IMG/VR virus record: IMGVR_UViG_3300031703_000599
Coordinates: 34,609-98,608 of that record
DNA: 64,000 bases
From: a virus
Direction: 5' to 3' (one strand)
The translations under genes were made by a program, and so were the position numbers. The notes beneath the pieces were generated by a model. That model was not told where the DNA came from. It saw nothing but the letters and a program-made list of their open reading frames with translations, and made no database searches. The first letter of the stretch is position 1; each line of letters begins with the position of its first letter. Positions 7,594 through 16,213 of this stretch are shown here, piece by piece.

Positions 7594-7885
7594 GCTGTAA
7601 CTTTAACAGCATCTTCTGTTCATCACTTATGTCTATTTGTTGTAACCATTCTTTAAACGGACGCTCACAACTCCTATCAAACCACCTAATATTACCATCA
7701 GGATTAATCACTGCTGGACCATTGTCTCTATGAACATACCCAGCATCATTGTACCAAACCTTTAATCCATTATCGTATACCCAACTGCCATCTTCTTGTT
7801 CTGTTGCGGCACGATAGTCTATAGCATAATCTCTATGCTTGGGCTCTAAGTTTTTAGGCAATTGCATCCATTTGTTAAAATTCAT
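7586..7885 (-). CDS. HRxDGPA-motif protein (paralog 3)
   Basis: VHRDNGPAV; SDEQKMLLKLQHG. Confidence 0.7.
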   Translation of the reverse strand: MNFNKWMQLPKNLEPKHRDYAIDYRAATEQEDGSWVYDNGLKVWYNDAGYVHRDNGPAVINPDGNIRWFDRSCERPFKEWLQQIDISDEQKMLLKLQHG

Positions 7886-8066
7886 TAGAAGCAACTTTTT
7901 CAAACTTACGATGACTCTTACTCCAACTCTTCATTGGCTTAGAGAACATAACTTCTTCAGTAGTACCTTGTTTAATATATCCAACTAACCAGTCCACATC
8001 GTTAATGATGTAAGTATGATTCTGTACTGGACTATCCCACACTGTAACTTCTTTTAGATATTTCAT
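7875..8066 (-). CDS. hypothetical phage protein
   Basis: Likely start MKYLKEVTVWD within ORF 7875..8126. Confidence 0.6.
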   Translation of the reverse strand: MKYLKEVTVWDSPVQNHTYIINDVDWLVGYIKQGTTEEVMFSKPMKSWSKSHRKFEKVASNEF

Positions 8067-8278
8067 GCTTTGTACTCCGCTAACATAAATTCGCACCATT
8101 GTTTTGTTACAAGTGCCTTGTTCCACGCCTGGTAATTAGCATCTGTAAGATCCAAATCACGCTTTTCCATATCTTGTTTGTATTTGACCCAAGCACGGTG
8201 CTCAATCCCAACAGCAACACTTGTTTCATATACAGCACTTTCTAAGCTGAAAATTGCAACGCCATGCTTGATAGTCAT
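8063..8278 (-). CDS. hypothetical protein
   Basis: ORF track. Confidence 0.55.
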   Translation of the reverse strand: MTIKHGVAIFSLESAVYETSVAVGIEHRAWVKYKQDMEKRDLDLTDANYQAWNKALVTKQWCEFMLAEYKA

Positions 8279-8514
8279 TATACCTTTTCCTTTCGGTTAG
8301 TTTCTAGCCATTCATCACACGCACGATTGAACTCTTTGTAGTACAGTTCTTCGCTTGCGTAATTGTCACGTATAACTGCATAACAGTCTGCTTCGACAAA
8401 GTCCCAGTTAACCCGATTCCATTTTTCATATGTGTCTTCAGGTAGGTCATAGTAATTTTCTGGTAGTTGCAATGCCTTACGAACTGCGGCTAACATCTCA
8501 TTGACAATTTTCAT
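8278..8514 (-). CDS. hypothetical protein
   Basis: ORF track; VNWDFVEAD segment. Confidence 0.6.
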   Translation of the reverse strand: MKIVNEMLAAVRKALQLPENYYDLPEDTYEKWNRVNWDFVEADCYAVIRDNYASEELYYKEFNRACDEWLETNRKEKV

Positions 8515-8660
8515 TACTTCTTCTCTTTCTTTTGCGGTGTCTTGCTACCCATTGTAGTTTCCTCTATTTTATTAATTGGCAGTACTTGTGGGTACCATAC
8601 TTTCTTTGGTACAAATGCTGTGTTAATGTACATATACTTCCCTAATTAATTTATACTACT

Positions 8661-8689
8661 ATTATAACAAAATTTGCCGTGAAGGTCTA
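8661..8689 (-). promoter_or_regulatory. sigma70-type early promoter
   Basis: TAGACC-N17-TATAAT, TG-extended. Confidence 0.6.
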
Positions 8690-8718
8690 CCTTATTTTAA
8701 AAATAAAGTGAAATAAAT

Positions 8719-9042
8719 TTATAGTTTAAATTCTAATCCAAAAACAACGCCAATATTATTACGTTCCAGTGCTGGTGCAACGAAGTAATTCTTGTATGTT
8801 ATTCGTGTGTATGGGATAACGTCTGCAACTGTATAGCCGCCTGCTAATGCAAGTTCAAACCCCCAGTCGCCGTATTCGTGCCGATAGCCAGTGTATGGGC
8901 TTATACGTTCTTCACTGTTGTAGTATAGGCCAGTGATGTAATTATCCTGTGTGTAGCGAATGTGTGGATGAAGTTCATTGTATTCGCTTGCAAGTCCAAG
9001 GTGTAGACTTACTCCTAATGTTAGTACAAGTGCTCCGTTCAA
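8719..9042 (-). CDS. small beta-strand-rich (possibly outer-membrane) protein
   Basis: Alternating aromatic/Gly strands, ends VVFGLEFKL. Confidence 0.5.
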   Translation of the reverse strand: MNGALVLTLGVSLHLGLASEYNELHPHIRYTQDNYITGLYYNSEERISPYTGYRHEYGDWGFELALAGGYTVADVIPYTRITYKNYFVAPALERNNIGVVFGLEFKL

Positions 9043-9737
9043 CTGTTAGGCGTGCCAGTCTTGTTATCTTGCAGCCATTTAATAGCAAATCTATTAGTAG
9101 GTGGACTAGTTATAAATGCACGTATTAATTTTTCCACGTTATCAAAGTTTTGCTTGCGAGCAGGGTCTTCTAAGCCGCCGCTGTTGTCCACGATATGGAA
9201 GTTGCTGGCGCCAAATACTTGTTGAAATTTCATGATATTGCTCTGCACCGCGTTCCACATTTTAGAAACCATTTCAGTTGGGAGCTTTCTAGGACGTTGT
9301 AAGTTACGTGCTTGTGCAACTTCAAGGTCAGTATTAACAAATAACATCATTGTACTGTAGCCTAGTTTTCTTAGATCATCAGATGCTTTTTTTACTTTGT
9401 CTGTATTCTTGCCTGTGCCATCAATTATAATACCTAGTCGGCCACTAAGGTATGCGTTCTCACGATGAGATGTAAGTTTTTTTGCACGGTCTCTAATTTC
9501 TTGGCCTTCTGGACTTGCAACAGCATCAGGGTCGCCTAAATCCAATTCTTGTTTATGCGCCATGTATTCATATATGTCATCACTGTTAATGGCTTTCAAT
9601 CCATACCCAGATAATAGTCCTTTTGATACATAGCTTTTGCCGCTGCCTGGGCCGCCAGCTAGGAAGACTGCTTTAAATATGTGCTTATCATGTGGTCCTT
9701 CTGCTAAATTCTGTTCTGTGATTTGATGTATTTTCAT
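9039..9737 (-). CDS. P-loop kinase (zeta-toxin/AAA_33-like)
   Basis: GGPGSGKS Walker A, INSDD, IIDGTG, ARNxxRxR. Confidence 0.8.
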   Translation of the reverse strand: MKIHQITEQNLAEGPHDKHIFKAVFLAGGPGSGKSYVSKGLLSGYGLKAINSDDIYEYMAHKQELDLGDPDAVASPEGQEIRDRAKKLTSHRENAYLSGRLGIIIDGTGKNTDKVKKASDDLRKLGYSTMMLFVNTDLEVAQARNLQRPRKLPTEMVSKMWNAVQSNIMKFQQVFGASNFHIVDNSGGLEDPARKQNFDNVEKLIRAFITSPPTNRFAIKWLQDNKTGTPNS

Positions 9738-9745
9738 ACTAGTAT

Positions 9746-10090
9746 TTATCTAAATCGCAATACATCGCGTGGATTTGATGACAGGCGTTCTAACATGCGT
9801 TCCTTCTCTACTTTTGTTCTATAGTTAGTACGTCTGTTGTCTTTGTCGTTTAACCAATCGTTGTATTTTTCTCTGCTGCCAACTGATTCCTTGGGCATGC
9901 GTCTAAACAGAACACTATAAATATTCTTTATATTCTTTGAATTCCACACATCTGCTCTAGTACGAGCATCTTGTAGGTCATCGACTATTAATGCAGTAAG
10001 AAACCCGCCTGGTTGCAACCCGTGAAATAGATAGTTCTCTAATCCACTATCTAAATAGTTGTTGCCTGTTGTAAACCCTAGTAATATCAT
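9746..10090 (-). CDS. hypothetical phage protein
   Basis: ORF track; YLFHGLQPGGFLTA segment. Confidence 0.6.
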   Translation of the reverse strand: MILLGFTTGNNYLDSGLENYLFHGLQPGGFLTALIVDDLQDARTRADVWNSKNIKNIYSVLFRRMPKESVGSREKYNDWLNDKDNRRTNYRTKVEKERMLERLSSNPRDVLRFR

Positions 10091-10101
10091 TGTTAATCCT
10101 G

Positions 10102-10341
10102 TTACTTACATACGTGTGCTATTTTAAACATCATTGCGTCTTCGTCTTTCTCAAACCAGAAGTAATCGTGTATATACGAATACTCGCCTTTGCAGTTATC
10201 AGCACACCATTTATATGGATCTTTAGTGCCGTCACGTCCTGCATGACTTAGTTGTAATCGCAGAGCAAACTTACCAAACTTTTCATATGCATGTGCTTCT
10301 GCTTCTGCTACTTTCTTAGATTTAAGCTTATCAAGCCACAT
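10102..10341 (-). CDS. hypothetical phage protein
   Basis: ORF track; WCxxNC...FEKDEDAMMFKI. Confidence 0.6.
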   Translation of the reverse strand: MWLDKLKSKKVAEAEAHAYEKFGKFALRLQLSHAGRDGTKDPYKWCADNCKGEYSYIHDYFWFEKDEDAMMFKIAHVCK

Positions 10342-10531
10342 TGATTGCTGCGTTTGGTAGTTGTTGCTTAATGATGTAGCATGGCTTTGTTGGATCTAAC
10401 CGCAGGCTTTTATGTGCTTCGGGTACGCCCATTAATACTGCAAGAGTGTTAACTGGAATGCCGCCTTTAATTAACTTGCTTAAATTATTCATACTAGTTG
10501 TCCTTTGAGTTTTGTTATTAACTTATACACT

Positions 10532-10560
10532 ATTATAACAAGATGTCTTGCTAATGTCAA
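10532..10560 (-). promoter_or_regulatory. sigma70-type early promoter
   Basis: TTGACA-N17-TATAAT, TG-extended. Confidence 0.7.
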
Positions 10561-10591
10561 CCGGTTAGTCTAAAATAGTTGAATTTTATAT

Positions 10592-11236
10592 ATGATAAAT
10601 AAATGTATGGATAATAGATATGATTTTGAATTTAGTGTGACAAGTTTTTGTCAGGCTAAATGCAGGAGCTGTAGCCGGTTTGATGATGATGGCGAATTAA
10701 TAAAAGGGTTAGTGCCTGCTCACGTGCCAATAGAACGATTCAAACAATCAGTTAATAACTTAGAGGGTGTGCATGTTGGGCAAATTATATTATGCGGCGA
10801 GCATGGTGATCCTATGATGCATCCAAAAATTGGTGAAATCATTGAGTACGCAAGCAAGAACCATATTGTGAATATAATGACAAATGGTGGATTGCGTAAT
10901 CCTGCATTTTATGAGAAATTAGCAAAGAACAAGAGGGTGGCAATAAGTTGGGGAATTGATGGATTAGATCATGATACTAATTGGAAATACAGGGAAGGTG
11001 TTGATTTTAATCGTGCATGGGATAATATGACTACTTGGTTTAAGCATACAACAATGGGGCGATGGGAGTTCTTAATATTTGAATGGAATTATCACCAGAT
11101 ACAAGATGTATATAATACAGCCAAGAAATTAGGTATACAAATAGAATTTAAACTAAACACTAGACAGTGGGGCTATCTCCAATCACCCAAGCGCGAAGAA
11201 GTAATCGAACAGCTTAAACATCTACACAAGGGTTAA
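10592..11236 (+). CDS. radical SAM core domain (no SPASM)
   Basis: CQAKCRSC, GEHGDP, TNGG, GIDG...YR; true start probably 10607. Confidence 0.85.
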   Translation: MINKCMDNRYDFEFSVTSFCQAKCRSCSRFDDDGELIKGLVPAHVPIERFKQSVNNLEGVHVGQIILCGEHGDPMMHPKIGEIIEYASKNHIVNIMTNGGLRNPAFYEKLAKNKRVAISWGIDGLDHDTNWKYREGVDFNRAWDNMTTWFKHTTMGRWEFLIFEWNYHQIQDVYNTAKKLGIQIEFKLNTRQWGYLQSPKREEVIEQLKHLHKG

Positions 11237-11240
11237 TAAA

Positions 11241-11933
11241 ATGATATACACACACAGTGACATTGACTCAATTAAGACTGAGATTGAAATAACTACATAT
11301 TGCAATGCACGGTGCAAGAGGTGTCCTCGAACTAATCCAGAAACTGGTGCGGCAATTGACTGGTTAGTACAAGAGCACATGTCGCTTGATACATTTAAAA
11401 TGATTTTTAATAACCAAAATGCTGCATCTAATAAATTACGACATGTTAAACTATGTGGTCAATACGGCGATCCTATGATGCATCCGCATATTAATGAGAT
11501 TATTGAATATACATTAGAAGATAAAAATGTATCAATGCTTATAAACACAAACGGTGGTCTCAGAAATGCAAGTTGGTATAAATCCATTGCTGAAAAATAC
11601 GGCAGAAGAATTTATATAATATTTGGCATTGATGGACTGGACCATGAGACTAACTGGAAGTACAGAGAAGGTGTGATGTTCGATAAAGCGTATGCTAATA
11701 TGGTGAGTTATCAGCAAAGCGGAGGTGAAACCTCTTGGCAATTTATAGTGTTTAGCTGGAATGTACATCAAATAGAAGATGTACATAAGCAAGCAACCGA
11801 ACTCGGCGTAGAGTTGACATATATTGTTGATCTGGAGTACGGACAAGAATTACGTATACAATCTGATTATAAAATAGAAGAATTAAAGCAGAGATTTTCA
11901 AACTTGGGAGTGGATAATTATCAAGGCATCTAA
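11241..11933 (+). CDS. radical SAM core domain (no SPASM)
   Basis: CNARCKRC, GQYGDP, TNGG, GIDG...YR. Confidence 0.85.
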   Translation: MIYTHSDIDSIKTEIEITTYCNARCKRCPRTNPETGAAIDWLVQEHMSLDTFKMIFNNQNAASNKLRHVKLCGQYGDPMMHPHINEIIEYTLEDKNVSMLINTNGGLRNASWYKSIAEKYGRRIYIIFGIDGLDHETNWKYREGVMFDKAYANMVSYQQSGGETSWQFIVFSWNVHQIEDVHKQATELGVELTYIVDLEYGQELRIQSDYKIEELKQRFSNLGVDNYQGI

Positions 11934-11946
11934 TAAAAATGACATT

Positions 11947-12282
11947 GTGTGTTATGTGGCGGCGGAAACTCACAACGACACAGTAATGAGGCAATTTGAG
12001 ATATCCGTTACGGGAACCGTTTGGCCATGTTGTTATTACGCTACAGTTGCTAAGTATCCAGAACGTACAGAAAATGGTGTTGATCTCAGCGATCATGTGT
12101 TAGATAAACTGAAAGAAGAAGATCCCGATTGGAATAATGCAGCAGTACGTGGACTAAGTAAAGTAACAAAGCATGAAGTATTTTGGACACATCTATGGGA
12201 TGAAGGATTTGACAGTGATAATCCACCGACGCTGTGTGCATTTTACTGTACAAAGAAAAATAACACAGAAGGGGGAAAGTAA
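11947..12282 (+). CDS. stand-alone SPASM/twitch-like Fe-S domain
   Basis: C...ISVTGTVWPCC...CAFYC; the frame is open back to 11887. Confidence 0.7.
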   Translation: MCYVAAETHNDTVMRQFEISVTGTVWPCCYYATVAKYPERTENGVDLSDHVLDKLKEEDPDWNNAAVRGLSKVTKHEVFWTHLWDEGFDSDNPPTLCAFYCTKKNNTEGGK

Positions 12283-12678
12283 TTGAGCGAATCTAAAGTC
12301 TGTATCACTTGTAAATTTCACGACGGTCGCGGTAGAGAATTTTTTATTGACGAGGAACAACGAGTATGGCCGTGTTGTTATTACTACACTGATTACATGA
12401 CAGGTGCAATAGAAGACCGTGACCCCAAATTTCATCAGAAACTAGTTGATGATCCTAAGTGGAATAGCCTAAGCGATCACCCAATTAAAGATATATTAGC
12501 AACTGATACGTACAGTCACGATATATGGGTACCTGGGTGGGAAACTAATCCAACAAAGGCGTGTGTGCTAGAATGTGGGTTAAAGCCTAAAAAGATAGCA
12601 ATGGATTATGATTTCCGTGCAGACGGCGTACATTTAGATGAAAAAGAATATGGCCATAAGCCTAAGAATTCCACTTAG
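12283..12678 (+). CDS. stand-alone SPASM/twitch-like Fe-S domain
   Basis: C...FIDEEQRVWPCC...CVLEC. Confidence 0.7.
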   Translation: MSESKVCITCKFHDGRGREFFIDEEQRVWPCCYYYTDYMTGAIEDRDPKFHQKLVDDPKWNSLSDHPIKDILATDTYSHDIWVPGWETNPTKACVLECGLKPKKIAMDYDFRADGVHLDEKEYGHKPKNST

Positions 12679-12982
12679 CAATTAGTTTTAACATGTCTTC
12701 TTTTGTTGCAGGGCGGGCAGGTAATGGCGTAATTGTGTTATTATATTTGTGCTTATTCTTTCTAAGCTTAACGATATATGCGCCTGTGTTAGGATCTTGT
12801 CTATCACAATGCTCGGTCTTCTTGTGTGCGTTAACCCAGTGTCCTATTTCCTTTGACATCTTGCCATGTCCTACAATTACTGTTATTTGTTTAGTGCCTT
12901 CTAAAAACTGTGCATCAACATAACTGTTAAATTGTTTCCATGCGTCATGCACTTTGTATCCATGTAAGTCTAGTGTACTCAT
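12662..12982 (-). CDS. Smr domain protein
   Basis: LDLHG, VIVGHG, NTGAYIVKL. Confidence 0.85.
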   Translation of the reverse strand: MSTLDLHGYKVHDAWKQFNSYVDAQFLEGTKQITVIVGHGKMSKEIGHWVNAHKKTEHCDRQDPNTGAYIVKLRKNKHKYNNTITPLPARPATKEDMLKLIAKWNS

Positions 12983-12983
12983 A

Positions 12984-13181
12984 TTATATGTTTGTTTTAA
13001 TTGTAAATTCTAATCCGCTGTATGATGATACATACACGCCTTGTTTAGTTTTGTTGAACCAAAGCACAACTCCACCTTCTATCATTACTCTTACTGCATC
13101 TTTGCCAATGGTGACAATTGCAGCTGGAACTACTTTCTCGTTGTTAGTGCAGTGTACGTCTACTATGTCATCTAATTCCAT
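12984..13181 (-). CDS. hypothetical protein
   Basis: ORF track. Confidence 0.6.
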   Translation of the reverse strand: MELDDIVDVHCTNNEKVVPAAIVTIGKDAVRVMIEGGVVLWFNKTKQGVYVSSYSGLEFTIKTNI

Positions 13182-13190
13182 GTTTATGTC

Positions 13191-13526
13191 CTATTCTTTA
13201 CTCTGTAGCCAACCTGCTGATCCGCCAAGTTTGGCCATAAATGCATCACGTTCGTCAAACAACACCATTATGGTTTTATCTAAGTAATAAGGTTGTATCA
13301 TCTTGTCTTGTAATTCCATGAGAGCGCCTGCTGTTGCGCCCGGTGACTCAACTGTCCATGATTTGCATGTGTTGGTTAATAGCTTACAACCCGTGCTTGT
13401 TAGTCTTAGCGAACTAGGCGACACAAACAACACACGTGGATTGTTTATTCCATTATGTCCAGTATTTAATATACTGTCTAATACACTATTTTGTATTTGA
13501 GCCATCTCTAGTAATTGTTTCGCCAT
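13191..13526 (-). CDS. hypothetical phage protein
   Basis: ORF track; LRLTxxG...PYY motif; start uncertain. Confidence 0.6.
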   Translation of the reverse strand: MAKQLLEMAQIQNSVLDSILNTGHNGINNPRVLFVSPSSLRLTSTGCKLLTNTCKSWTVESPGATAGALMELQDKMIQPYYLDKTIMVLFDERDAFMAKLGGSAGWLQSKE

Positions 13527-13788
13527 GTAATAACTTAACCACTGTAAATTCTGTTGTGTTAAACTTCTTGTTTAATCTATCTGATAGATTAAAAGCATGG
13601 CCGCTGTTGCTAAAGCTAACTTTTTTGTACTTTGGGCCTGGGTAATTTACTAACATATTCATTGTGCGTAAGTTTATAGGCTTGTTTTCAAAGTACACAG
13701 CATAGATAGCGCCTGCTTCTAGTATCTGTTCTGTGTTATAATTACTGTCAACAATTTCTGTTAATATATTTGGTTTTGGTCTTGCCAT
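13486..13788 (-). CDS. hypothetical phage protein (MARPKP N-terminus)
   Basis: ORF track; GGAG RBS; ATAAATA late-type motif at 13832-13838. Confidence 0.7.
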   Translation of the reverse strand: MARPKPNILTEIVDSNYNTEQILEAGAIYAVYFENKPINLRTMNMLVNYPGPKYKKVSFSNSGHAFNLSDRLNKKFNTTEFTVVKLLHGETITRDGSNTK

Positions 13789-13878
13789 TAGTTGTAGCTC
13801 CAGTAGAAATGAATATGCATTCCCTTATACATATTTATGCAAGATGGCGTATTATATGGTGTTTTATCGATTTAAATC

Positions 13879-14331
13879 CTATTCATTATCTTGTTTTGCT
13901 TTTTTTAATTGTAGATTCATATCCCATTCTGTAAAATATGGACCTGCGTATCTATACTTGTCAATTGTTTCTTGCTTGGGACAAAATGCATGTTGCCAGC
14001 CCATGCCGTGGTACTTTAATATATAGTAGCCAGCTGCATACACAGTTTTACCTTTTGCTGCTTTACGAAACAATGGCAATACTTCGTGTTCTACTTGCAC
14101 CACCACAGGGCTGTTAGTTGGGAATCCATTAAGTGATTTACACTCGCTTGGTTGTGCTACATTGCGCTTAACTTCTTTAAATCCATTTAACGTCTTAAGT
14201 GTTGTGGTTGTCTGTGTACGCTGATCAAAGAATTCATATACATCGCCATGTTTACGGATAGTGCCAACTTTGCTTGCATTTGCTTCAACTATCCAAAACT
14301 TGTCTTTGACTAACTCTTTTGTATTATACAT
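13879..14331 (-). CDS. hypothetical phage protein
   Basis: ORF track. Confidence 0.7.
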   Translation of the reverse strand: MYNTKELVKDKFWIVEANASKVGTIRKHGDVYEFFDQRTQTTTTLKTLNGFKEVKRNVAQPSECKSLNGFPTNSPVVVQVEHEVLPLFRKAAKGKTVYAAGYYILKYHGMGWQHAFCPKQETIDKYRYAGPYFTEWDMNLQLKKAKQDNE

Positions 14332-14471
14332 ATCACATTCTCAACCAGTTAGGTCCTAGACGTGCAACTATTTCTTTGCCAAGCTTCTTGTGGCCTGTTG
14401 CATTTAAGTGGAAGCATTTGCATTTGACTTGTTCCTATACAAATGAGGTACTTGTCGTTGTCTATCACTGT

Positions 14472-14870
14472 TTACACATTATCACTGATGCGCTTAAAGT
14501 TAGTTACATTTGCAACACGGAAGCTTCTCCATCCTAATGCAGTCGTGTCCCATACACTTACTACTTCTACATTAAGCTCGCGTACTTTCTTTGTCGATAA
14601 CGCATCTTCTTTGATAACAACAGGAAGTAAGTTTTTGCTAAGAGTACAAGTCATAATACGCTTGTCTCCGTTTACTTTAGTAAAGCTAACTTCATATATA
14701 CCAGTTGCCAGCTTAGTGCGATAGTCTTCGTGCTGTTCTTTTAATGCGTTGTGTAACGATTCTGCCTTAGTGCGATAGTCTTCGTGCTGTTCTTTTAATG
14801 CGTTGTGTAACGATTCTGCATCTTTGTTTGTACTTAATTTATCATCATTGTATACATTTAAATCAGTCAT
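14472..14870 (-). CDS. SH3/WYL-like beta-barrel protein with an 18-aa tandem duplication
   Basis: VSFTKVNGDKRIMTCTL...VWDxxxxGWRSFR. Confidence 0.75.
   Translation of the reverse strand: MTDLNVYNDDKLSTNKDAESLHNALKEQHEDYRTKAESLHNALKEQHEDYRTKLATGIYEVSFTKVNGDKRIMTCTLSKNLLPVVIKEDALSTKKVRELNVEVVSVWDTTALGWRSFRVANVTNFKRISDNV
14712..14819. repeat. exact 2 x 54-bp tandem repeat
   Basis: 14712-14765 is identical to 14766-14819 (encodes AESLHNALKEQHEDYRTK twice). Confidence 0.95.
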
Positions 14871-14886
14871 TGTATCTTCCTGTGTG

Positions 14887-15876
14887 TTATGAGCCGTAGG
14901 CTCTGTTTAAGTAATCTGCATGATCCTGCGCACGTTCGCTAATTTTAGGCATATCCCACTTACCGCAGAATTTCATAAAATGTACGCCAACTTGTGACTT
15001 AGGTTCTTTTTGCACCTCTGCAACAATAGCAGTATCTAGTGCGACTTTAATATCTGCAGGTTGTGCAGTTAAATCAATAAGCTCTAAATTGCGATGATAA
15101 TCTTCTAGTACACGATGCTCGTCGCCATTGTGATCAGTCCAGCGTTGTAGCATAAAGTTATTCCAATTATATCCTTTTGTATTCTTATCAGCAAATGCTT
15201 CAAGCATACCAACCTTGTTTTTAGTGCCCTTCTTGCGAGCGCCTGGGCATGCACTAAAGATATTATCGCTTGTGTCGCCGCGGATGCATTTTTCAAATAA
15301 CAACCATTCTGGGTCACCAAGCATCTTATCTTCTTTAGTTTTCTTATCCTTTACTGGCTTACCGTAGTCATCAAATATTCCATTGATAGTAAACAACTGG
15401 CCGCTGATGCCATTATACTGTTGTACGTTTGGTGCCATTAGTTGATAAAAGTCGCTGTCGCTGCTTACAATACAATGCTTATCGTTTGGATGATTTTGAA
15501 TCCAACGTGCAATGAAATCATCTGCTTCGCATTGCTTATCTTGTAATACTGTACAGTTTGTACGTCGTTCAAAGAAGTCCTTTAGTTCATCAAATGCTTC
15601 CCAAAACATTTTATCTTCTTCTTGTTCTTGTACAGTTGATGCAGCTCTTGCAGCTGCTCTGTTAGCTTTGTAAGGAGTGTAGGTATCTTTGCGCCAGCTT
15701 CGGCCTTCTAAGCATAATACTATGTGAGATCCTTGCTGATTGCGCCAGACCTTATTGATGCTATTAAACATAATATGGAATGCCATGCCTACTTTTGTGT
15801 GTGCGTCCGCACCTTTTTGAATTACATGTCTTGCACGGAAGAACATGTTTGCTGCGTCAACTAAAATATAAGTCAT
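14887..15876 (-). CDS. rnh: T4-type RNase H / 5'-3' exonuclease
   Basis: LVDxxN, WRK...YKANR, EADD, SSDSDFYQL, GDTSDNI. Confidence 0.9.
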   Translation of the reverse strand: MTYILVDAANMFFRARHVIQKGADAHTKVGMAFHIMFNSINKVWRNQQGSHIVLCLEGRSWRKDTYTPYKANRAAARAASTVQEQEEDKMFWEAFDELKDFFERRTNCTVLQDKQCEADDFIARWIQNHPNDKHCIVSSDSDFYQLMAPNVQQYNGISGQLFTINGIFDDYGKPVKDKKTKEDKMLGDPEWLLFEKCIRGDTSDNIFSACPGARKKGTKNKVGMLEAFADKNTKGYNWNNFMLQRWTDHNGDEHRVLEDYHRNLELIDLTAQPADIKVALDTAIVAEVQKEPKSQVGVHFMKFCGKWDMPKISERAQDHADYLNRAYGS

Positions 15877-15907
15877 ACATTTACTCTTTTGCTATTAATA
15901 TAAAACT

Positions 15908-15936
15908 AGTATAACATAAAATGCTATACTAGTCAA
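15908..15936 (-). promoter_or_regulatory. sigma70-type promoter
   Basis: TTGACT-N17-TATACT, TG-extended. Confidence 0.6.
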
Positions 15937-15943
15937 GTTATAA

Positions 15944-16213
15944 TTACTCTACTAGATCTTGTGAAATCTGGCCGCATAGTGTAGTAAACCACAAGTCAAC
16001 AATTTCTTCTTCATTGTCGCCCGTGTATCCTGCTTCTAGTAATTGACGTACAAACAATTGGTTCCACTCGAGTTCAAAGTATCCATCGCTTGGATTCTCT
16101 TGGTCGAAGTTAAAATTTAATACATTAACAAATGGTTCGCCACGTGCTGTAGCTTTGTCCTTTTCACTTACCTTTTCTTTTCGTGTAAATAACTTCTTTA
16201 TTCTACTAAACAT
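15944..16213 (-). CDS. hypothetical phage protein
   Basis: Likely start MFSRIKK; GYFELEWN motif. Confidence 0.65.
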   Translation of the reverse strand: MFSRIKKLFTRKEKVSEKDKATARGEPFVNVLNFNFDQENPSDGYFELEWNQLFVRQLLEAGYTGDNEEEIVDLWFTTLCGQISQDLVE

